From the NCBI GenBank assembly GCA_951406725.2, contig OX597814.1:186868001-186932000 (forward strand): DNA of 64,000 bases, given 5' to 3'. The notes below the pieces were generated by a model, which saw nothing but the letters and a program-made list of their open reading frames with translations, was not told the DNA's origin and ran no database searches. Shown here piece by piece: positions 53,004 to 64,000 of this stretch (position 1 is the first letter of the stretch; every line of letters begins with the position of its first letter). Source of the DNA: Octopus vulgaris (taxonomy: Eukaryota). Made by a program: the position numbers and the translations under genes.

Positions 53004-53410
53004 GGATCTTTTCGGTTTGAATGGCAGTTTTTTCTAGCGGTGTCATATGAAATTGTCACCCATAATTATGACTCTAGTATCAATCTATTGCATTTCAATC
53101 TCTTTTAGGGTTAGGGGTGGGGGGAAGGGTATCTTTTTTTTTCTTCAGAAACGTAAATAAACCCAATCTGTTTCTTAAACGAGGGACATATTCATAAGGC
53201 ACAGAATGTTTTCAACTCAATAGATGTCATTGATTGGTTGAAATTGCAGAAATTGAAGAACAACAAATATCTTACAAACTATAGAATTTTCTCAATAAAG
53301 CCAAGAGAAAAAGATGTTTTATAAACACGTTCTACCAGTATACGAAGTCTAAAAGTGTTTAGTTACGTGGAAATCATTTTAAAAAACTGCCATTCAAACC
53401 GAAGAGATCC
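53004..53410. mobile_element. MITE with 8-bp TSD and GG termini (Merlin-like)
   Basis: TIRs ggatcttttcggtttgaatggcagtttttt / aaaaaactgccattcaaaccgaagagatcc; TSD AATGATAC at 52996-53003 and 53411-53418. Confidence 0.85.
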
Positions 53411-53951
53411 AATGATACAACTATTCACCAAAAGATTCTACTTTACCATCCTTAAAGCAATGGGGGAACTTCTACATAATTGTTCGACTTGCAAAGAACA
53501 GCAGTCAAATCTCCATCATATAACACTCCAAAGAAAGACACAATGGATAATAATGTAGACCTAGAAGATACTCCTAAAAAGACAGGTCAGTCATAGCTAG
53601 AATGATTTTTTTCATCATAGGTTTGCTTGATTAAGGTTGCTATCTGTTGCTTCCCACATATAATACTTAACTCTCTTAGAAAAGAAGAACAAATTGGATA
53701 ATGCATTCCTATGTCCACACTCTACCCAGAAAAAAGACAGGATGGAACAACGAAAATGTCTTGGATCACATGTATGCTTGATTAGTATTGACATGGGAAC
53801 GAACAACTTTGCCTATCACCAATGCAAACACCAATAGCTCAGATATCAGAAACTTGATGCAGTGTACTCTAATTACCAGTCTGCACACTACAGGGTTGTG
53901 AAAGATTAGCCTAGATGAGGAACATGTCAAAGTGTTCAGCTGACAACTTAC

Positions 53952-54030
53952 CTAAGTTCTTCATGATCTGTCTTGTTGAAAAGTTCTTCTCCCCTATGTA
54001 TTCCCAAAAGGCATTAAAATTCAGTAACTA
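53952..54030 (-). other. Candidate first exon ending ATGAAGAACTTAG|gtaagt
   Basis: Consensus donor at 53951; lies just downstream of a CpG-retaining promoter-like stretch; 5' limit unknown. Confidence 0.4.
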
Positions 54031-54219
54031 ACACTAATTACACGGATCTGAAACCCATCTATTTATCGTGATATATAAATCAGCGAGGAGTTGGAAATAA
54101 AACTGAGAATGGAGGAAAAAAAGGTGAGAAAATTTTTTTTTTAAATGGAAGAAAGGGAGAGAGAAAGAAAGAGGTGATTAAGGAGGAAAGGGGGAGAGAA
54201 AGAAAGAAAGAGTAAAATG

Positions 54220-54340
54220 AGTGACAACGCAACGGCACGAGCAAATATCAAAAGCAGACGACACGTTGTAGAATATGACCAACTGTAACAAGCAGACGAC
54301 ACATTGTGTCACGTGACCCCACCCACCCCACCCCACCGAA
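54220..54340 (-). promoter_or_regulatory. Promoter-like region with palindromic GTCACGTGAC and a duplicated aagcagacgacac motif
   Basis: GTCACGTGAC 54308-54317; aagcagacgacac at ~54252 and ~54290; CACCC repeats; CpGs retained. Confidence 0.35.
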
Positions 54341-54458
54341 GAAACCAGAAGCCAAAAAGAGAACCTTTACATGGTTGCTCGAATTGCTAGAAATAGTTCG
54401 AATTGCCCGAAAAGTTCACCCGATTGCAGCGGGTGTGCCCTGTCGATTTTTATAAATA

Positions 54459-54845
54459 CTAGAAGTATAGCCCAGCGTTGCTCGGGCTTGTTTTCTTTTC
54501 GACCCTTTAGAATTGGAATTTTTGAAAAGTAAAAATTTTGCATTATGTAGCTTGTTATTCTTCTTAAGTGAACGTTTTTCTGGTTGAAATACACCTAAAA
54601 ATGACGACACAGCAGTCAAAAAATCGTAAAAAATAGCGATTTTCATAGAAAAAAAGCACCTTTTTGTTGTAAATAATTTAACATGGTCCGATTTGAATTT
54701 TTTCTTCTACGGAAGGAAGAGCAAGCCTTCTATCATACTCTCAATTTTGGTCAACTTGCGCCGCAGGGTCTCGGAGGAGATAGTATTAGTTGAAGGCTAC
54801 CAAACCTGCCATACACAGACAACTTCAGCTTTATATATAGAGAGA
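54459..54845 (-). mobile_element. Non-autonomous Helitron
   Basis: A|TC...CTAG|T termini, 3' hairpin cccgagcaacgctggg; inverted paralog of 57729-58084. Confidence 0.85.
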
Positions 54846-54986
54846 TTAATTTAAGGCTTTGGAATATCTTTTCTAATACTTCATCATCTGGAAAACCGTG
54901 TTATTCATAATTTTGATGGGCGCAATTTTGCTTAACACAATAAAGATTTGGTTTTCGAAATCTTCATTTAAAAAAAAAATCTAAAT

Positions 54987-55054
54987 CAGTGGTTCTAAAT
55001 CATTATTTGTCTATTATTCTTGTCGGTTATATGGACCCCAGTTGAGAACTACTG
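54987..55054. mobile_element. 68-bp hAT (Buster/Charlie-type) mini-MITE
   Basis: cagtggttct / agaactactg termini; 8-bp TSD ATCTAAAT. Confidence 0.8.
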
Positions 55055-56021
55055 ATCTAAATGTTTAATCTTAAAGCAGTTATCATTCCAAGAGCAGTGC
55101 GCCAGAATTTTTAAATTTTATTTGTACTGTACCACAAAATCAAAAAGATCGAGATATATTACCTTACCATCTTGAAAAAAAGAAGGATTTACAAAATAAT
55201 ATAGTCGTAGATATACTATGAATAAAAAAAAATACTGGGTGGCCATGGCGAGAATATCTTTGATCAAAGTTTGCTCAGTCTGAAATAATTGCAGCTAAAT
55301 AAAAAAAAACGCTACTTAGTTTGCGGTAAATAGTTTTACTGTAATTCCACTGAATAATTAAACAAGTTTAAAGAAAATATTTGAAAAGGAATAAAAAAAT
55401 GATATTTGTCAATTAGTACAGGGTTGCACAGTAACGTCATAACTAGTTTACATTACAATTTTCTGCTTCAACTTTCCTATGAACTTGTGGATTAAATTTC
55501 TGTAAATTAAGAAGTTGAATGAATTGTTGCTGGCAATTTACAGCTAGATCGCTTTCCTTCAAGTTTATTCCCACATCGCAAATAAGTAGTGCATATCGAA
55601 CCAAAGTGTGAGTTTCTAAGTGGTTACTCGACCTACTAGAAATAGCAGTCACATTTCCCTCAAATAACACATACGGTAGATCTTCATAGTTCGTCAATGA
55701 GGAATTATGTTGTTCAATCAACTGAACAACTTGTTCCCGAATTAATGTGTAAGTGACCCGAGCATTCCACAGACACGCGTACTCTTCATGTAATTCACAG
55801 ACAGAATCAGCGTGACACCTTTTGAATTACAAGTACAATCCACCAGACAGTCTTCCTCCATACGGTTTCTGTCTACCCAGTTTCAATCACAAGTATGACA
55901 TAACCCAAAGCTTAAGAAAATAATATTTTTCTCACAGTCGTGATTGAGAAGTAAACTTTTCAATTATTTTACTATGCTGTCCCTACAAATTACCGTCTTC
56001 AAAAAGGGTAAAACTATAGAT

Positions 56022-56287
56022 TAGTGGTTCTCGACCAGAGTCCATATGGTCCCTGGGGAGCCACACAAAAAAAAAACTGTAAAAAGGGCCCCTGAAAAAA
56101 TTTTCCATTATATGTATTGCAAGAAACAGCTAGGTTTCTTTCTCTGACATTTTACATAGTTCAACCTACACAAGTTGATGTGTGAAAAAGAAAATAGGAA
56201 AATTGGAAGAAGCTTCTATAAAGCTAGTTTTTAAACATCGAATGGCTATGGTGGTCCACCAGAATAAAATATGGTTGAGAAACCTTG
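56022..56287. mobile_element. hAT (Buster/Charlie-type) MITE
   Basis: tagtggttctcgacca / tggttgagaaaccttg termini; 8-bp TSD CTATAGAT. Confidence 0.8.
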
Positions 56288-56747
56288 CTATAGATAATGA
56301 GAGGATATCAGGAATTCAAAAAACCTTGCGCTCTTGACAATAACGATTAAGTAGCTGGGCAAACACCATTTAAGATGGTGTTGAAGAAGCTAAACAACCA
56401 CTTATTGTAGGAAACAGAAGACGATAATGGCGATGTCTTTCGAATTAGGGTTAGTATCAGTTTCTTGCTGAATGACCGACCATAGTATCAAGTAATTATA
56501 AACAGTCGCAGCATAAAGTGTTGCAACGGGTAAATATTGACTAGGTACACAAATTTATCCGTTACAGTGCATTTAGGATGCTAAAGTCCTTGTTTGCAAG
56601 CGGGGAGCAAGTCGAGTGTTTCAGAAATGTATAATGATAAAATTTTCGTTGTTGTTGTAATTTCACGACGAAATTAATGTTAATATTTCATTTTATTTAG
56701 TACAACTTACGACTTTATCAAAATAATGCAATATTTTCATTTTTTGA

Positions 56748-56834
56748 CGGAGGTAAAGAATACGCACACCACCCGTTTTCGGCGTAACAAAAACCCTAAT
56801 TTTAAACACCTGGTGTGCGTATTCTTTACCTTCG
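56748..56834. repeat. Short inverted repeat (24-bp arms)
   Basis: cggaggtaaagaatacgcacacca / tggtgtgcgtattctttaccttcg, one mismatch. Confidence 0.85.
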
Positions 56835-57261
56835 CCCATCTTTTATCCACCCTGCCTTCAGTTTTTCGAAAAGTTTTCACCTTAGTTGAGGTAGTGATTG
56901 AATTCCCGCTCTCCAACGCTAGATAATATAGCCTAAATAGCCCTAAAAAGTGGAATTATCGTGGGTGAAAGGATTTGTTCGTAAGTCTGCACAATCAAAG
57001 CCGTCTAAACAACGAGCAGAACATATATTTTTAACTCAGTTGACTGAAGCAGAGGAAGTACAGAAAATAAAGGAAGTCACGAAGTTCTCAGTTGCTCACA
57101 ATGTGTGCTTTAGTGCGTGTAAAAAAACTTGACACGTTGAATAGCAAATGGCGTAACTAGTCTAGTACCCTAACCGATTCTGTTTCCTCATAACTTTCTT
57201 AACAACGCATTTTTTAATGAAGTTTTGTACAGATACGTTTCCGACGGCGTACATTATCATC

Positions 57262-57372
57262 ATTATTATTATTATTATTATATAATAAAAGAATTAATTA
57301 TTATTATATAATAAAAGAATTAATAATAATAATTATTATTATATAATAAAAGAATTAATTATTATTATTATA
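57262..57372. repeat. AT-only tandem repeat (three copies of ttattatataataaaagaattaat-like unit)
   Basis: Directly visible. Confidence 0.8.
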
Positions 57373-57728
57373 TCGATGTATTTTTTTTAAATTTATCTTT
57401 TTTTCTTACCGTTATTCTGAAAGAAGTCGGTTACTTTTTAACTATTCAATAACTTGAATTGTACATGATCAATGCCCAACGTAATATCAGTTAAGAGAAA
57501 CGGGGCGCGTTGTCGAATATCTTCCAGAATACTATCGATGTATATAGTAAAGCTAAAAGTAAACTCAGAAAACCCTTTCATTATGTCACCCAATTTAATG
57601 TTGATAATGCATATATCATCAATCAGGATCAGGGTTGCCACTCATCAAATAATAAACACCCAGATTATTTGCTGCAAAAAACCCAGATGTTAGAAAATAG
57701 GTATATAATTGGTAATTCAATGATAAAA

Positions 57729-58084
57729 TCTCTCTATATATAAAGTCTGTGTATGGCAGGTTTGGTATCTTCTCCGAGACCCTGCGGCGCAAGTTGACCA
57801 AAATTGAGAGTATGATAGAAGGCTTGCTCTTCCTTCCGTGGAAGGAAAAAAATTCAAATCGGACCATGTTAACACCAAAAATTATTTACATAAAAAATGT
57901 GCTTTTTTCTATGAAAATCCCTATTTTTTGACTGCTCTGTCGCCATTTTTTTTTGTGTATTTCAACCAGAAAAATGTTCACTTAAAGAGAATAACAAGCT
58001 ACATAATGCAAAATTTTTACTTAGCAAAAATTCCAATTCTAAAGGGTCGAAACAAACCCGAGCAACGCCGGGTGATACTGCTAG
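57729..58084 (+). mobile_element. Non-autonomous Helitron nested in the hAT element
   Basis: A|TC...CTAG|T termini; hairpin cccgagcaacgccggg. Confidence 0.85.
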
Positions 58085-58519
58085 TTCAATGATAAAATCT
58101 GTTATATGACAAAAATAATACAGAATTTAATACTTACTGTATATCATGTGGCAGCTAATTGTCAATTCCATACATATCCACATCATCTTCATTCACTCCT
58201 TCAATGGTGAAAGACTCGTTTTCTTCCTTTTTGAAGTTCAGTTTACTCGTATATCTACGATGACAAACCTATCCATTACATCTTTAATAAGTTTAGCGTT
58301 CGGCTCCCAAGAAATGCATGACGCTCCCTTTCTTATAATTACTTATTTAGCGAGTGGACGGTCGGTGGAATCTTGTTTTCTTTTGTGCCAACAACTCTTT
58401 GTATCATATTGAAGTCTTTGAGAAAAGTAAAAAGTTAAGTCCTTTAAAAAGGACTCGAGACACGAAGGTAACACCTTCACTGCATGACTTGAACAAAGTG
58501 CAAACGAATGGCAAATACA

Positions 58520-58693
58520 TACTTCTTTATTACCCACAAGGGGCTAAACACAGAGGGGACAAACAAGGACAGACATAAGTATTAAGTCGATTACATCGAA
58601 CCCAGTGTGTAACTGGTACTTAATTTATCGACCCCGAAAGGATGAAAGGCAAAGTCGACCTCGGCGGAATTTGAACTCACAACGTAACGGCAG
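58520..58693 (-). mobile_element. 5'-truncated SINE inside the hAT transposase
   Basis: Reverse complement of the 3' part of 59659-59888. Confidence 0.9.
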
Positions 58694-59658
58694 CCCATTG
58701 TAAATAGTCGGAATATCGTTTCTCAATAACTTTTGAAACCCGCACTTGTTATCCATTATCGCTGGTAAATCCAAATATGTTGCTCATAAATACGTCTTCT
58801 TTTGTCAGCGTAGACTTGACAGCATCGTACAAACCCTGAGACGAACCATTTTCTACTACAATTGCATCCAGAAAAGCATCCTTGACATTAAGCGATTGTT
58901 CATCAAAAAAGCAAACAATTATTGCTAAGATTTGTGTCACTGAGATGTCCGTACTCTCAGCTATCAATAATGAAAACTTTTGTTTCTTGAGAATTTCCAA
59001 GATTTCATTTTGTCTATAATGTGCAATTCCGTCTTGCATAATGTTTTTTTTTTCATTTGTAGATTTTTAGCTATTTCACTATCGGGAAAGGCCTTTTTAC
59101 AAATTTCAGCTAAGTGGTTTATATGGATGAAAGGTATATGATGTTCAGCGACATAACCTATTAGTAACAAATCTGCCTTAACTACTTTTTCATTTAATGT
59201 ATCATGTTTTTTTTTTTAACAACAAATGAATCTAATTCAATAGTAGATTTTGCACAATCAAAAGCTTTCTTGTGTTTGGCAGTGTTTTTATGAAGTAACA
59301 GCATTGATTTGTTAGCATTTTTCAACACAGAGTCGCAACAAACACGGTAGCAGGTGTCAGGACTTTTATCATCTTGCCGTAAATAATCTTTAAGCTCAGC
59401 ATCCTTCAACCACGACTTCTTGAAATTTAGGGTGTACAACTTCCTCTTTTTGGATACACTATTGTCTGCCATTACTTCGCAAAGGGCTACAAAACAAAAA
59501 ACACACGCTCAAAATGTTGAACAAATTTTAAATCGCGAGTTACAATCGAAGCGTAGACTATTCAACAAAGTAAAGCTGTCAACTGGCGGTGTCAGAGTTT
59601 CAGACAAGTGCAGAAGTGGGCCACCAACTTGTAGTTGCCCGGTATGGTACAAGTATAA

Positions 59659-59888
59659 GGCGGCGAGCTGGTAGAAACGTTAGCACACCGGACGAAATGC
59701 TTAGCGGTATTTTGTCTGTGTTACGTTGTGAGTTCAAATTCCGCCGAGGTCGACTTTGCCTTTTATCCTTTCGGGGTCGATAAATTAAGTACCAGTTACG
59801 CACTGGGGTCGATGTAATCGACTTAATACCTATGTCTGTCCTTGTTTGTCCCCTCTATGTTTAGCCCCTTGTGGGTAATAAAGAAATA
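59659..59888 (+). mobile_element. Full-length young tRNA-derived SINE with 18-bp TSD
   Basis: TSD ggtatg(g/a)tacaagtataa at 59641-59658 and 59889-59906; A-box-like tggtagaa and B-box gagttcaaat. Confidence 0.93.
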
Positions 59889-60067
59889 GGTATGATACAA
59901 GTATAAACAAATAATGAACGCATACGATTGCTAACAACGTCACATACAATATTTGTATCGATAAATTCATTACGTGAGATGATTATGGATGATATATAGA
60001 AAGTTTACGAAGTATCAGAAGAGGTGCAACTTTAGTATATATTGCATACAGAGTATGACAATTATTT

Positions 60068-60591
60068 CGGCAAGACTTCCGCCCCCAAAACCATCCTTTT
60101 TCAAATTTTTTTTCTCCTACACAAACACCCCTTTTCGGCTACGGGGAATACGAATCTGCAAAAAAATTAGCAAAAATCGACATTTCTAAATTATCCTCCC
60201 CCGTCATTTCCTTCATTTTAAACGTTTTTCACAATTTTTTTTTCAAAATATACGGGAAAATACGGAGATTATGATTCTAAAAAAAAAATTTCAAAAAATC
60301 TTTGTAAGAATTTTTTTTTTTCTAAATATGTGGAAAAATACGGACATCATGAATTCGGACAAAAATTTCAAAACATTTCTGTACTTACGGTTACGGTTTT
60401 AGAGTTAGGGTTAGTGTTGGGGAAAAAAGTCAAAACTGAAGAAGTTGGGGGAGGGGGGTACACAATGCTGATTTTTGGCAATTTTCCGGAACCTCCGTAT
60501 CCGAAAACGGGGATTTTGGGCAAAAAAAAATTACAAAAATAAAGAAATTTGGGAGAAAATAGGTGGGGGGACGGGCAGAAATCTTTCCCCG
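60068..60591. mobile_element. Possible MITE nested in the hAT element
   Basis: Imperfect terminal inverted repeats cggcaagacttccgccc / gggcagaaatctttccccg; no clear TSD. Confidence 0.35.
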
Positions 60592-61559
60592 AATTCTCTT
60601 TAAAAGATAAGTTTGCAGCCAAATCTAACTTAAAAACCCAGAATTAATGTAAATTTAGAAATTAAAACCCATAAACCCATCATTGTTCAAAAAAAAAAAC
60701 TAGATCTGGGTGGAAAAACCCATCAGTGACGTCTCTGATCAGGATAAAGTGCTCCTTTTTTTTCTTCCTAATGTTGTGCAAAGACCATGAGCCAAGTTAA
60801 TGAATGGGTAATAAGGTGTGAACTTTCTTTCTGCATAATTGTTTTTTCAAACAGCACGGAGTTTTGTCAGTGAACAGGTCGCGGTCTCAAAGCGACGAAA
60901 ATATTTTGACAAATTAAATTTAAATGTTGAAGTGAATTTAACGGTTTTTGTGTGTTTCTTTAATGGCTTATAAACACCTTCCACGCTGCAATTGTTTTCG
61001 TAATTCTACAATTTTGAAAACATAACAGCTATTTTAAAAATTCTGAGAAAACAAAGTCGGAGACAGTAGACTGTAGTTATTATACCTAATACATTAAGAT
61101 GTTTCTTGTTTAATACAATGGGGACATTTCAACGAAGTACGAAATAGATGCCTAAAGGAGATAATAATTAAACATTTGACCAAAACGTAATGATTTAAAA
61201 TTTTTTAAATCAAATTTATTATCTGAACTAGCTTAGCATATAAAAAATAGAAGGTTTTAAAAAATGAATATCAAACTTTTTGATACTTACGTATCAAAAA
61301 GAAGGGGTGCGGCGAATTAGGAGATCGCAGGAATTCATTCAACGAAAAAAAAAAATTAAATGATTTCGGGACGGGGTGGGGGTCCCCCCCTTGCCCCCCC
61401 CCTACTTTTTCCGTACCAAAATAAGGGATTTACAGCATATTAGGTCGGGGTACTTGATTCCACGCAAAAAAATTCGAGTTTTTTTTTTTTTACTTAATGA
61501 AAATCGAAATTATTACATTACAAGTATTGCATCATTATTTTGTACTTCTGCATAGTCTT

Positions 61560-62324
61560 TAGGAGTTAAAATTGGTCAGCATAATTGTTGAAGTTGACAG
61601 AGTTTGGAACATAGTCAGGTGACAGGTACATTCTTTTTTTTTTTTTTCAAGAAAATTTTCTTCAACTTGTAATTGAGGTTACTAATAAATCTGGAGAATT
61701 TTTGGCGTTTAACATTCGGTAATGTTTCCCCCGTTGAATTCCAAGTCAATTTTTTCCCCACACTAATGATAAACGATGTCTAAAATAGGGTAAAATCAGC
61801 CATAACTAATTTCAATAATTTCTTCTTTAACTGCATGATGTAACAGGAAGAGAGCCACTCCAGCAGATTGAGAACAAACAATTGAAGATGTTTTATGTTG
61901 ATTTTTTTTTTTAGGTCAAGTTTTGTTAATTTCATCATGTGCCGTTTTTCCATAACCCTCTTTTATTTGACCCTAAATTTTTGTTGCATTTCTGATGTCA
62001 AAGAATGGATATTGACGTGTATGCGTCTGTTTTCAAATGTAATTCTGGAGAAATGAAGAGGCAAATTTACCTTATCTTGGCTGACTCATTTTGCCCCAGT
62101 TAAATGTATCTTTTACATGCTCAAAGGGAACGGAGATAATTTTCTGAAATAGTATTCAGATTATGTTATAATGAGAGCATTGCATTTAGTGAAGGTCATT
62201 TGCTTAGCTGATATAGTTTTTTTTTTTTTTTCCTTTAAGGTAGTGTACATTTGTAAAAACTATATTTCTTCTCTAAGTAAAAAATGCAGTAAAAACTCCT
62301 CATTGTGCCCCACCGTTCACCCCT
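61560..62324 (-). mobile_element. Possible pogo-like transposon end relic
   Basis: TA followed by ggggtgaacggtggggcacaatg on the minus strand resembles a pogo TIR; partner end not confirmed. Confidence 0.3.
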
Positions 62325-63277
62325 ATCAAAGAGACAACAGAAGTTAAACGTTCCACGGATTAAACCTAACATTTTAATATCTAAACACTGACTAAATAAA
62401 TTATAAAAATATAGATTAATGTAAGAGGGGCTATTATTGTTTTACTTGTCCCAACATGTCGTTTGACATTATGCTCCCCGACAAATATGTAAGCTGCACA
62501 TTTCCATTAAGTATTATCAATAGGAGCGGTCATCGCTTTATTTGCAGGATTTAATCATTGATACTCACTAATTACAGGCTTATCCCGCACTCAACAATAT
62601 ACTGAATCTCATTATGATGCACTGACTGCCATCAAGACAAAATATAGACTGTTTCACGAATTTGAATGTTGTCCTTCTTCAAGAACCAAGTTCATGATTG
62701 CATGGTTTCAATGTTAGAGTATCACTGAATTTACGTATCTACTGTCTTGACAACAGACAGAGCAGGAAAAAAACTTAACTTGAACCCAATGCAACAAGCG
62801 TATCTCAACAGTTTACCTAAATAGCGTAGAGATATTGCATAAATTCACATAAGATTTGTTTCTTTTAGTGGGTATTTATTTTACACGGCAAGTATTTTAG
62901 ACGTTTAAATAGATTGTGATTCTTACTTACCCCAGTCACAGAAATGGAAACTGTGTGGAAGACCGTTAGGTGACACATTCATATTGCCTAGCTAAACATA
63001 TTTGATCCAATTTTCGGTTTAACACCACTACTACTACAAGGTGTTCGTGTGCCTTTTGTTTTTCTGGAGGCGAGTTGTTTTTCTAAAAAAATTTTAGCCA
63101 GCAAGAACGCAATGTCCATAACATTTAACAGGGCCCCGAGGATGGGGAAAGAAAGCAAGTAAGGTACCCTCGAAACGGAGATCTGACTCAAATGCACTGG
63201 TACCTTTAGCGGAGTCTACTCCCTGTAACCCGCTAAAGGCGCCCAAGTTGCCAGAGGGTGGTATTGACCGAGCGAAA

Positions 63278-63500
63278 GGCGGCGAGCTGGCAGAAACGTT
63301 AGCACGCCGGGCGAAATGCGTAGCCGTATTTCGTCTGCCGTTACGTTCTGAGTTCAAATTCCGCCGAGGTCGACTTTGCCTTTCATCCTTTAGGGGTCGA
63401 TAAATTAAGTACCAGTTACGCACTGGGGTCGATGTAATCGACTTAATACCTTTGTCCTTGTTTGTCCCTTCTGTGTTTAGCCCCTTGTGGGTAGTAAAGA
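63278..63500 (+). mobile_element. Young SINE copy
   Basis: Nearly identical to 59659-59888 and 42184-42405. Confidence 0.93.
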
Positions 63501-64000
63501 CTCATTATAAATTCCTTTTTTTTGTAAGCATTCAGACTAGTTCTAGAGTCTGAGAATAATTTCCTCCACAAGTCTCTGGGATTCTGAAGAAGTTGATTGG
63601 TGCTACCTTTCCTTCTCTCTGACAGAGTAATAATGATTAAAGTGTTATTTAGTAAATTGAAAACTATCTTGAATTTCAGGCATAAACTCCTATATTATTA
63701 AATAGTGTAATTGTTGGTACATGTAAAACTCAGGAAGAACGAAAACATTAAATGTTTAGCAATTTCTTGTGCATATATATTTTGATTACGAACCCATTTT
63801 TGAAAGTGATTCTTAATAGTTATTGAAAAAGAATTCCTTTATTTTAAAGCCAGTTTATGATGTAAAATAATAAGGGAGAAATGTTAATGTTTAAGCAATT
63901 GAGCTGGTTTGCATTCAGAAACGAAATGAAATTCATAAATGTATATCTGCAATCCATGCCATTAAACTATTCGTGAAATTGTCTCACTGAGAAGAGTTAA

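Larger units (their letters stand above)
57630..60737 (-). mobile_element. Internally deleted hAT transposon with transposase pseudogene and nested insertions
   Basis: 8-bp TSD ATCAGGAT (57622-57629, 60738-60745); ends cagggttgccac / gtgacgtctctg; subterminal acccaga repeats; transposase relic 59472 to ~58140 with a Zn-finger-like N-terminus, FSLLIAESTDIS and CICH motifs. Confidence 0.9.

Noticed and set aside
53105-53116. TTAGGG telomere-like repeats (also near 60405)
   Set aside because: Only one or two units, internal to MITE-like elements; not an interstitial telomere.

Overview
Eukaryotic, AT-rich, repeat-dense genomic DNA, most likely a coleoid cephalopod (Octopus-like), inferred from the tRNA-derived SINE families and repeat landscape. 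There is no intact long ORF. Most ORF-track entries are artefacts of (GATA/GGAT)n tracts or pieces of decayed transposons. The window is dominated by fossil mobile elements: three mariner copies, Tc1, piggyBac and hAT relics, MITEs with target-site duplications (TSDs), three non-autonomous Helitrons, RTE and L1/Tx1-like LINEs, Penelope-like relics, a solo LTR and many SINEs, often nested. Candidate minus-strand exons with good splice donors (about 54.0, 52.2, 51.0, 36.1 and 13.2 kb) and two promoter-like CpG-retaining regions suggest one or two spliced host transcription units that I cannot name. Most notable: (1) a 239-bp inverted repeat with no mismatch found, around a 1.2-kb spacer in otherwise unique-looking DNA; (2) an RTE LINE with a twin-priming-type 5' inversion; (3) Tx1-like LINE pieces bounded by GATA/GGAT tracts; (4) a hammerhead-like motif in a small element between (TA)n runs; (5) a LINE>mariner>solo-LTR nest. 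Coordinates were read by eye; ends of decayed elements are approximate.
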